DNA of 64,000 nt, taken from positions 256,248,001 to 256,312,000 of the forward strand of contig NC_086097.1 in assembly GCF_963921235.1 (NCBI RefSeq), in the 5' to 3' direction. Position 1 is the stretch's first letter, and the number at the start of each line of letters is the position of its first letter. A program made the position numbers and the translations under genes. This DNA is from Mobula hypostoma (taxonomy: Eukaryota). Shown piece after piece: positions 1 through 10,489 of this stretch. The notes below the pieces were generated by a model. The model did not search any database. It saw only the letters and a list, made by a program, of their open reading frames with translations, and was not told the DNA's origin.

Positions 1-1037
1 GCAGATGGCAGAGGGTCGTGGTGGAAGGAGTACATTCAGATTGGAGGATTGTGACTAGTGGTGTCCCACAAGGATCTGCTCTGGGACCTCTACTTTTTGT
101 GATTTTTATTAATGACCTGGATGTAGGGGTAGAAGGGTGGGCTGGCAAGTTTGCATACGACACAAAGGTTGGTGGTGTTGTAGATAGTGTACAGGATTGT
201 CGAAGATTGCAGAGAGACATTGATAGGATGCAGAAGTGGGCTGAAAAGTGGCAGATGGAGTTCAACCCGGAAAAGTGTGAGGTGGTACACTTTGGAAGGA
301 CAAACCCCAAGGCAGAGTACAAAGTAAATGGCAGGATACTTGGTAGTGTGGAGGAGCAGCGGGATCTGGGGGTAAATGTCCACAGATCCCTGAAAGTTGC
401 CTCACAGGTGGATAGGGTAGTTAAGAAAGCTTATGGGCTGATAGCTTTTATAAGTCCAGGGATAGAGTTTAAGAGTCACGATGTAATGATGCAAATCTAT
501 AAAACTCTGATCAGGCCACACTTGGAGTACTGTGTCCAGTTCTGGTTACCTCACTATAGGAAGGATGTGGAAGCATTAGAAAGGGTACAGAAGAGATTTA
601 CCAGGACACTGCCTGGTTTAGAGAGTATGGATTATGATCAGAGATTAAGGGAGCTAGGGCTTTACTCTTTGGAAAGGAGGATGAGAGGAGACATGATAGA
701 GGTGTACAAGATAATAAGAGGAATAGATAGAGTGGATAGCCAGCGCCTCTTCCCCAGGGCACCACTGCTCAATACAAGAGGACATGGCTTTAAGGTTAGG
801 GGTGGGAAGTTCAAGGGGGATATTAGAGGAAGGTTTTTTACTCAGAGAGTGGTTGGTGCGTGGAATGCACTGCCTGAGTCAGTGGTGGAGGCAGATACAC
901 TAGTGAAGTTTAAGAGACTACTAGACAGGTATATGGAGGAATTTAAGTTGGGGGCTTACATGGGAGGCAGGGTTTGAGGGTCGGCACAACATTGCGTGCC
1001 GAAGGGCCTGTACTGTGCTGTACTATTCTATGTTCTA
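1..1037 (+). mobile_element. CR1 LINE family A, 3' part (RT C-terminal half and 3' UTR)
   Basis: ORF 18-977 with SGVPQGS, KFAYDTK (FADD site), RPHLEYCVQFW, C-terminus YMGGRV; ends in a TTCTATG-type tail. Confidence 0.95.
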
Positions 1038-2289
1038 ACATTTGGAGAGGAATAATATGATTAGGAATAGTCGGCACGGCTTTGTCAAAGGCAGGTTGTG
1101 CCTTACGAGCCTGATATAATTTTTTGAGGATGTGACTAATCACATTGATGAAGGTAGAGCAGTAGATGTAGTGTATATGGATTTCGGCAAGGCTTTTGAT
1201 AAGGTACGCCATGCAAGGCTTATTGAGAAAGTAAGGAGGCATGAGATCCAAGGGGACATTGCTTTGTTGTTCCAGAATTGGCTTGCTCCCATAAGGTAGA
1301 GTGGTTGTAGACGGGTCATATTCTGCATGGAGGTCAGTGACCAGTTGTTTGCCTCAGCAATCTGTTCTTGGACCCCTACTCTTTGTGATTTTTGTAAATG
1401 ACCTGGATGAGGAAGTGGAGGGTGGGTTAGTAAATTTGCTGATGACACAAAGGTTGGGGGTGTTGTGGATATTGTGGAGGGCTGTCAGAGGTTACAGCAG
1501 GACATTGATAGGATGCAAAACTGGGCTGAGAAGTAGCAGATGGAGTTCAACCCAGATAAGTGTGAGGTGGTTCATTTTGGTAGGTCAAATATGATGGCAG
1601 AGTATAGTATTAATGGTAAGACTCTTGGCAGTGTGGAGCATCAGAGGGACCTTGGGGTCCGAGTCGATAGGACACTCAAAGCTGCTGTGCAGGTTGACTC
1701 TGTGGTTAAGAAGGCAAACGGTGTATTGGCCTTCATCAATCGTGGGATTGAGTTTAAGGGCTGAGAGGTAATGTTACAGCTATGTAGGACCCTGGTCAGA
1801 ACCCACTTGGAGTACTATGCTCAGTTCTGGTCGCCTCACTATAGGAAGGATGTGGAAACTATGGAAAGGGTGCAGAGGAGATTGCAAGGATGTTGCCTCG
1901 ATTGGGGAGCATGCCTTACAAGGATAGATTGACCTTGGCCTTTTCTCCTTGGAAAGATGGAAGATGAAAGGTGACCTGATAGAGGTGTACAAAATGATGA
2001 GAGGCATTGATTGTGTGCATAGTCAGAGGCTTTTTCCCAGGGCTGAAATGGCTAGCATGAGAGGACACAGTTTTAAGGTGCTTGGAGATGTCAGGGCTAA
2101 GTTTTTTTTTACACAGAGTGGTGAGTGCGTGGAATGGGCTGCTGGCAACTGTGGTGGAGGCCGATACAATAGGGTCTTTTAAGAGACTCCTGGATAGTTA
2201 CATGAAGCTTAGGAAAATAGAGGGCTATGGGAACCCTAGCTTTGTGGGCCGAAGGCCCTGCATTGTGCTGTAGGTTTTCTATGTTTCTA
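1038..2289 (+). mobile_element. CR1 LINE family B, degenerate RT to 3' end
   Basis: Frameshifted RT pieces (ORFs 1301, 1540, 1949); 3' end gtaggttttctatgtttcta. Confidence 0.92.
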
Positions 2290-2317
2290 ATATTGGGGTA
2301 ATTAAAACTTCCCACCA

Positions 2318-2725
2318 CGACATATGTCGTGAAATTTGTTAACTTAGCAGCAGCAGTTCAATGCAATACATAAAATAGAGGGGAAGAATAATAAATAAAT
2401 AAATTACAGTAAACATATTGAATAGATTAAAATTCATGCAAAAACAGAAACAATACATATAAAAAAAAGTGAGGTAGTCTTCACTGCTTCAATGTCCGTT
2501 TCGGAATCGGATGGCGGGGGGAAGAAGCTGTTCCTGAATCGCTGAGTGTGAGCCTTCAGGCTTCTGTACTTCCTGCCTGATGGTAACAGTGAGAAGAGGG
2601 CCTGTCCTGGGTGCTGGAGGTCCTTAATATAGATGCTGCCTTTCTGAGGTACCGCTCCTTGAGGACATCCTGGGTACTTTGTAGACTAGTACCCAAGATG
2701 GAGTCAACTAAATTTATGGCCCTTA
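2318..2725 (-). mobile_element. Rex1/Babar-type LINE 3' end
   Basis: Minus translation ERYLRKAASIL... C-terminus; AT-rich 3' UTR is clearly similar to the copies at 41507-42290 and 53881-55785. Confidence 0.8.
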
Positions 2726-3563
2726 GTTGCTTTTTGTTGGATTTAAAAACTTCCCAATCATCCAACTTCCCATTCACTTCTGGTACCTTATATGCCCTTT
2801 CCTTGGTTTTCGTGCAGTCCTTAATTTCCCTTGTCAGCCACGATTGCCTACCCCTGCCATTTGTGAACAACTTCCTCTGTGGGACATATCTACCCTGTGC
2901 CTTGTGAACTATTCCCAGAAACTTCAGCTATTTCTGCTCTGCCATCATCCCCACCAGTATCCTCCTCTAATCCACCTGGGTAAGCTCCTCCTTCATGCCT
3001 CTGTAACTCGCTTCATTCCAAAGTGATACTGATGTGCGACTTATCCTTCTCCCTCTCAAGTTGCAGTATGAATTCAATCATATTATGATCACTGCTTCCT
3101 TAGGGTTCCTTTACATTAAGCTCCCTAATAAGATCTGGGTTATTACCCAACACCCAATCTAAGGTATCCTTTCCCCGAGTAGGCTCAAGCCCAAGCTGCT
3201 CTAAAAAGCCATCTCATAGGCATTCAACAAATTCCACGTTTTGCAATCCGACACCAATCTAATTTTCCCAATCCCCTTGCATATTGAAGTCCATTGCAGT
3301 TGCGTCATTACCCTTATTACATGCCTTTTCCAGCTCCCTTTGCAATCTCAACCCCACATCTTGGCTACTAGTTGGAGGCTTATTCCCATAATGTTTTTTT
3401 TTGCTCTTGCAGTTTCTCAACTCCACCCACAAAGATTCAACATTATCTAACCCTATGTCACCTCTATCTAAAGATGGAAATTCATCTCATACCAACAGAA
3501 CTACACAACTATCTATGCCTCCCTACCTGTCCTTTCAACCCAAAGTATATCCTTCGATGTTAA
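2726..3563 (-). mobile_element. Old CR1 ORF2 fragment (APE endonuclease/linker)
   Basis: Minus translation WLTREIKDC...KAYK...KLDDWEVFK plus APE remnants. Confidence 0.8.
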
Positions 3564-3564
3564 G

Positions 3565-4665
3565 TGAAGAGAGGAGCAAATAAAACTCCAGAGGGGACAA
3601 GCAGAGCAGCCACTGCTGGGACTTTGGCTCAAAGGAGCCAAAGGAGGCTTAGGAAGAGGCGTCAGCTCTGCGTAAGATGTCCAGCTAAGTTTCTGGTAAG
3701 ATTCCTTTTTTACTAACTGTGCCAGAGGTACTTACTGTAGCTTAAATGGTCATTGTGTGTTCTTCATGCCAGAAGTTGGAGTCCTAGGAAACCCAGAGTC
3801 TCCCAGGAAACTACATCTGCCTGAAGTGCATCCAGCTACTGCTCCTTGAAGACTATGTTAGGGATCTGGAGCAGCAGTTGAGTGACCTTCAGCTTGTATG
3901 GGAGAGTGAGAAGATCATCAATCAGAGTTACAGGGAAGCAGTCACCTCTAAGTTGCAGGAGATGGGTAGCGGTGTAGACAGTGGAATTGATGACTTTGAG
4001 GCAAAGTTTGCATGGGGTAGGTAGTGCTGAGGAAGCAATGCAATTGCAGCAGGACTTAGACAAATTGGAAGAATGGGCAAAAAAGTGGCAGAAGGAATAG
4101 AGTGCTGGGAAATGTATGATAATGCATTTTGGTAAAAGGAACAATGGTGCAGACTATTATCTAAATAGGGAGAAGGTTCAAACACCAGAGGTGCGGATGG
4201 ACTTGGGAGTCCTTGTACAAGACTCCCAGAAGATTAATTTACAGGTTGAGTCTCCGGTTAAGAAGGGAAATGCAATTTTGGCTTTTATTTCAAGAAGAAT
4301 AGAATATAAAAGCAAGGAGATAAAGGCTCAGCATAAGACACTGGTTAGGCAGTACTTGGAGTATTGTCAACAGTTTTGGGCCCCGCATCTCAGAAAGGAT
4401 GTGTTGTCATAGAAGAGGGTCCAGAAGAAGTTCACGAGGATGATTTCAGGAATGAAGGGATTAACATACGAGGAGCATTTGGCTGCTTTGGGCCTGTACT
4501 AACTGGAATTTAGAAGAATGTGGAGGGATCTCATTGAAACCTATTGAAAGTTGAAAGGACAAGATAGGAAAAATCATCTCCACATCCACCCTATCGTGGG
4601 GGTATCCCAAACTAGAGGGAACAGCCTCAAAATTTAGGTGCGACCCTTTAAACAGAGGTAACGGA
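3565..4665 (+). mobile_element. CR1 remnant: ORF1 zinc-finger start joined (internal deletion) to RT 3' part
   Basis: VCSSC...YICLKC followed by RT motifs (MHFGKRN, LEYCQQFWAPHLRKD). Confidence 0.8.
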
Positions 4666-6490
4666 GATTGTACTGGGCCTTTCAGTGGCATCAACAGAGC
4701 TCTACGAACTAAATGAAAGTACAGAAGGGCTAAGCAGGTAGGCGCCGGTTATTTAAAAAGAGAGCTTCACAGGTGTTTCTCCATTACACGGGACCTATCA
4801 GCGGCATCAACATAGCTCTACGAACTAAATAAAAGTACAGAAAGACTAAGTAGAGCGGCCACTGTTGGGAGTAGGCCAGTGGCGAGCGTAGAAGTGACAG
4901 GCTTCAGCTCGGGAGAGGCGTCAGCTCTGTTAAGATTTCCTTTTTGCTTTTTTTTCCTCTCTTATTATACCACTTAAATGGCTGTGGTGTGCTCTTCGTG
5001 CCGGAGGTCGGAGAACTGGGAAACCAAGAGTCTCCCGGGGAACTATATCTGCATGAAGTGCATACGGCTGTAACTCCTTGAAGACCGTGTTAGGGATTTG
5101 CAGCAGCAACTGGATGACCTTCAGCTTCGACGGGAGAGTGAGGAGATAATTGATCAAAGTTACAGTGAAGTAGTCACCCCCAAGTTGCAGGAGGTGAGTA
5201 GCTGGGTGACCGTCAAGAGAAATGGAAATAGACAGTTAGAGCAGAGCACCCCTGTGGCCACCCTCTCACAAGTATACTGCTTTGGATACTTTTGTGGGAA
5301 ATGACATGGTGACCTGGTTACAGGCACTGAGCATGGGTCCGTGGTGCAGAAGGGAAAGAGAGAGAAGAAGGGAGCAATATTGATAGGGGACTCAATAGTG
5401 AGGGGAACAGACAGGAGATTCTGTGGGCATGAACAGAACACCCAGATGATATGTTGCCTCCCAGGTGCCAGGGTCAGGGGTGTCTCAGATCACGTCCACA
5501 ACATTTCGAAGAGGGAGGGGGAGCAGCCAGATGTCTTAGTACATATTGGTATCAATGACATAGGAAGGAAAAGCAATCAGGTCCTGAAAAGAGGATTTAG
5601 AGAGCTAGGTAGAAAGCTGAGAGGTAGGACCTCCCGGGTAGTAATTTTCTGGATTGCTGCCCGTGCGACGCGCCAGTGAGGGTAGAAACAGGATGATCTG
5701 GCAGATAAATGCATGGCTGAGAAGCTGGTGAAGGGGGCAGGGCTTCAGGTTCTTCGATCATTGGGATCTCTTCTGGAGGAGGTATGATCTGTTCAAAAGT
5801 GACTGGTTGCACCTGAAACTGAGGGGGACCAATATTCTCGTGAGCAGGTTTGTTAGAGCTGTTGGAAAGGGTTTAAATTAATTTGGCAGGCGGGTGGGAA
5901 CCAGAGTGATGGAACTCAGGATAAGTCAGATGGTAAAAAAGTAAAGATAGCGTGTAGTCAGACTGTCAGGAAGGGCAGATAGGTGATGGGACACAGCGGC
6001 AGCCAACAGGCTGAGTATCAAAACATTAGGATGCAGAATCAGAAAGGGTAGCAAATACGGTACTCAAAGCGTTGTATCTAAATGCACGTAGTATAAGAAA
6101 TAAGGTGGATGATTTGTTGCAATATTACAGGTTGCCAGGTATGATGTTGTGGCCATCACTGAATCGTGCCTGAAGGACAGTTGTAGATGGGAGCTGAATA
6201 CCTAAGGTTACACATTATACCAGAGGGATAGGAAGGTGGGCAGAGGGTGTGGTGTGGCTCCACTGGTAAGGAATGGCACCAAATCAGTAGAAAGATGTGA
6301 CATAGGATCTGAGGATGTTGAATCCTTGTGGGTTGAGTTGAGAAACTGCAAGGGTAAAAGGACCCTGATGGCAGTTATATACAGACCTCCCAACAGTGGC
6401 TGGGAGGTAGACCACAAATTACAACAGGAAGTAGAAAAGGCAGGTCAAAAGGGCAATGTTATGGTAATCATGGAAGATTTTAACATGCAG
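4666..6490 (+). mobile_element. CR1 5' half: 5' UTR, ORF1 (C4 zinc finger, coiled coil, SGNH esterase), start of ORF2 APE
   Basis: ATG at ~4978, VCSSC..YICMKC, LIGDSIVRG, HIGINDI; APE YLNARS, LWVELRN, IYRPPN, DFNM. Confidence 0.9.
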
Positions 6491-6947
6491 CTAGATCCAA
6501 GGATATACGGTGTATCGGAAAGATAGGTTAGTAGGCAGAGGTCGTGGCATGGCCCTGTGAATTAGAAATAATATTAAATCATTAGAAAGGGATGACATAG
6601 AATCAGAAGTCTCTATGGGTTGTGTTAAGAAATGGTAAGGGTAAAAGGACCCTAATGGCAGTTGTATACAGGTCTCTAAACAGCAGCGGGATGTGGATTA
6701 CAATTACAGCAGAAGATAGAAAAAGCGTGTCAGAAGGGCAATATCATGATAATCGTTGGGGATTTTAACATGAAAGTGGATTGGGAAAACCAGGTCAGTA
6801 CTGGACCTCAAGTGAGAGAATTTGTAGAATCTCTAAGGGATGGCTTTTTAGAGCAGCTTGTTGTTGAGCCCACTAGGGGATCGGCTGTGCTGGATTGGGT
6901 GTTGTGCTATGATTCGGAGGTGATAAGAGAGCTTAAGGTTAAGGAAC
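6491..6947 (+). mobile_element. Second CR1 APE fragment; probable host of the Gypsy element, resuming at 17668
   Basis: ORF 6746: VGDFNM...FLEQLVVEPTRGSAVLDWVL. Confidence 0.75.
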
Positions 6948-7097
6948 TCATGCTCCTCATGGACAGTCATGGACAGTCAGGGTAAACCAGAAATTAAATC
7001 AGAAGTTAGTGAGAAAGGTAAGGAGGAAAACAAGTGAAGGAAAGACCTTTCGGTCCCATTTGTAATTATTGCAGGAAACCTGGTCATGTAACAGCTA

Positions 7098-7236
7098 CAC
7101 ACATAAAAGTTGCTGGTGAACGCAGCAGGCCAGGCAGCATCTCTAGGAAGAGGTGCAGTCGACGTTTCCTGCTGCGTTCACCAGCAACTTTTATGTGTGT
7201 TGCTTGAATTTCCAGCATCTGCAGAATTCCTGTTGT
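7098..7236 (+). mobile_element. Penelope-derived fold-back mini-insertion
   Basis: Perfect 33-bp inverted repeat (7097-7129 / 7168-7200); ends ccagcatctgcagaattcctgttgtt like the Penelope 3' end at 15480-15509; 14-bp TSD tcatgtaa(c/t)agcta (7084-7097 / 7237-7250). Confidence 0.85.
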
Positions 7237-7464
7237 TCATGTAATAGCTAACTGTTTCAACTGAGGAGGAGGAGAAGGAGGTAATCCCAGATGCCTATGT
7301 GCAACATATTGAAACACCTATAAATCCACAGGGTTCAAGAAATTCAAATAAAGCTTTGTCAGAGTCTGACCAAGTTAAGAGGGGATATAATCATTTTATA
7401 ACCGAGGGATTTGGATCTTTGAAAGAGGGGTTCACTCAAGTGCCAATAAAAATCCTTAAGGATA

Positions 7465-9480
7465 TAACTATATAACAATTACAGCACGGAAACAGGCCAT
7501 CTTGACCCTTCTAGTCCATGCCGAACTCTTACTCTCAACTAGTCTCACCGACCTGCACTCAGCCCATAACCCTCTATTCCTTTCCTGTCAATATATCTAT
7601 CCAATTTAACTTTAAACAACATCATCGAACCTGCCTCAACCACTTCTGCTGGAAGCTCGTTCCACACAGCTACCACTATCTGAGTAAAGAAGTTCCCCCT
7701 CATGTTACCCCTAAACTTTTGCCCTTTAACTCTCAACTCATGTCCTCTTGTTTGAATCTCCCCCACTCTCAATAGAAAAAGCCTATCCACGTCAACTCTA
7801 TCTATCCCCCTCACAATTTTAAATACTTCTATCAAGTCTCCCCTCAACTTTCTATGCACCAAAGAGTAAAGACCCAACTTGTTCAACCTTTCTCTGTAAC
7901 TTAGGTGATGAAACCCAGGTAACATTCTGGTAAATCTTCTCTGTACTCTCTCTATTTTGTTGACATCCTTCCTATAAATCGGTGACCAGAACTGTACACA
8001 ATACTCCAAATTTGGCCTTACCAATGCCTTGTACAATTTCAACATTACATCCAACTCCTATACAGGTGTCCCCTGCTTTTCGAACGTTCGCTTTACGAAA
8101 CCTCACTGTTATGAAAGACCTACATTAGTACCCTGTTTTTGCTTTCAGAAGGTGTTTTCACTGTTACGAAAAAAAAAGCAGCGCGCGATAAAAAATCAGC
8201 ACGTGATAAAAGGCAGTGCGTGCCCCGAGCAGCGGCTCTCTCTGGATTCTCGCCGGCATTGCTTAAACACAAGCCTGTGAGCAGCCGTTTGCAAGATGAG
8301 TCCTAAGGTATCGGAAAAGCCTGAAAGAGCTCGTAAGGGTGTTACACTTAGCGTAAAACTAGACATAACTCAGCGTTTTGATCGTGGTGAACGAAGTAAG
8401 GACAAAGTGAGTTTGGCTTGTGGAAGCTGATGAATATGATGTTGAAGAGGTTTTGGCACAACTGACAGATGAAGAGCTGATGCAATTGCAAGAAAAAAGG
8501 ATAACAATCGAAACTGTTGAGTAATGATAAAGTACAACTTTAATTTTGAAAGGGTACGTCCATTTAGGAGATATTTGCAGGATGGTTTGAGTCCTTACAA
8601 AGAATTGTGTGAGAGGAAAATGCACGAGGCTCAGCAGTCAAGCAAGCCTTCCACATCAGCCACAGCAGACGACGAACCTCAACCTTCAACATCGAGGCGG
8701 ATAGAGGTTGAAGAAGATGAGCTGCCTGCTCTAATGGAAACAGACGACGACAAGATGACACCCCAGTGTCCCACCATCCCAACCTGCGACAACTCAGTCT
8801 AACACACCATCATCAGTGTGCTCGGCAAGCTATCTTCCCGATTCCCGTAAGTGATACTACACTGTACATACATTATTTCTACTTAATAGTGGCTGTGTAT
8901 TTTTACATGTTATTTGGTATGATTTGGCAGCTTCATAGCTTAAAGGTTACTGGAGAGAGTGTTCTTGCCAACAGCGCTTGCGTGAGATTTTCTGCCAAGA
9001 GCGTTTGCGTGAGATTTTCTGCCGAGAGCGCTTGCGTGCAATTTTTGCTACAGATAACAGTTCATTAATGATTGTGGAAAAGTATTTCTACTTTATATAG
9101 GCGGTGTATTTATCATATCATTCCTGCATTTACTATATGTTACTGTTATTTTAGGCTTTATGTGTTATTTGGCATGATTTGGCAGGTTATTTTTGGGTCT
9201 GCGAACGCTCACAAAATTTTCCCATGTAAATAAATGGTAATTGCTTCTTCACTTTACGACATTCCAGCTTACGAACCATTTCACAGGAACGCTCTACCTT
9301 CGGATGGCGGGGGAAACCTGTACTCAATGCTCTGATTTATAAAGGCCAGCATACCAAAAGCTTTCCTCACCACCCAATCCACATGAGATTCCACCTTCAA
9401 GGAACTATGCACTATTATTCCCAGATCCCTCTGTTATACTGCATTCTTCAATACCCTACCGTTAACCATGTATGTCCTAT
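7465..9480 (-). mobile_element. CR1 family D, 5'-truncated 3' end, interrupted by a pogo/Tigger element
   Basis: ORF 7545-8054 RT C-terminus; GTTATAT-type tail; sequence is continuous across the TA insertion site. Confidence 0.9.
8063..9320 (+). mobile_element. pogo/Tigger (Tc1/mariner superfamily) internally deleted DNA transposon
   Basis: TA TSD (8061-8062 / 9321-9322); TIR-like ends caggtgtcccc / gggggaaacctg; ATG 8296 MSPKVSEKPERARKGVTLSVKLDITQRFDRGERSKD (CENP-B/psq-type HTH) joined to C-terminal DVEEVLAQLTDEELMQL; DDE core absent. Confidence 0.88.
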
Positions 9481-10489
9481 TTTGATTCGAATTGGAGGGT
9501 TGTGACGAGTGGTGTCCCACAAGGATTTGTTCTGGGACCTCTACTTCTTCTGATTTCTATTAACAACCTGGATGTGGGGGTAGAAGGGTGGGTTGGCAAG
9601 TTTGCAGACGACACAAAGGTTGGTGGTATTGTAGATAGTGTACAGGATTGTCGAAGATTGCAGAGAGACATTGATAGGATGCAGAAGTGGGCTGAGAAGT
9701 GGCAGATGGAGTTCAACCCGGAGAAGTGTGAGGTGGTACACTTTGGAAGGACAAACTCCAAGGCAGAGCACTAAGAAAATGGCAGAATACTTAGCAGTGT
9801 GTAAGAGCAGAGGGATCTGGGGGTACATGTCCACAGATCCCTGAAAGTTGCCTCACAGGTAGATAGGGTAGTTAAGAAAGCTTATGGGGTGTTAGCTTTC
9901 ATAAGTCGAGGGATAGAGTTTAAGAGTCGCGATGTAATGATGCAGCTCTATAAAACTCTGGTTAGGCCACACTTGGAGTACTGTGTCCAGTTCTGGTCAC
10001 CTCACTATAGGAAGGATGTGAGTGCATTGGAAAGGGTACAGAGGAGATTTACCAGGATGCTGCCTGGTTTAGAGAGTATGGATATGATCAGAGATTAAGG
10101 GAGCTAGGGCTTTACTCTTTGGAGAGAAGGAGGATGAGAGGAGACATGATAGAGGTGTACAAGATATTAAGAGGAATAGATAAGAGTGGATAGCCAGCGC
10201 CTCTTCCCCAGGGCACCACTGCTCAATACAAGAGGACATGGCTTTAAGGTAAGGGGTGGGAAGTTCAAGGGGGATATTAGAGGAAGGTTTTTTACTCAGA
10301 GAGTGGTTGGTGCATGGAATGCACTGCCTGAGTCAGTGGTGGAAGCAGATACACTAGTGAAATTTAAGAGACTACTAGACAGGTATATGGAGGAATTTAA
10401 GGTGGGAGGTTAAATGGGAGGCAGGGTTTGAGGGTTGGCACAACATTGTGGGCCAAAGGGCCTGTACTGTGCTGTACTATTCTATGTTC
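9481..10489 (+). mobile_element. CR1 family A, 5'-truncated
   Basis: Near-identical to 40-1037; FADD motif; internal stops; TTCTATG tail. Confidence 0.95.
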
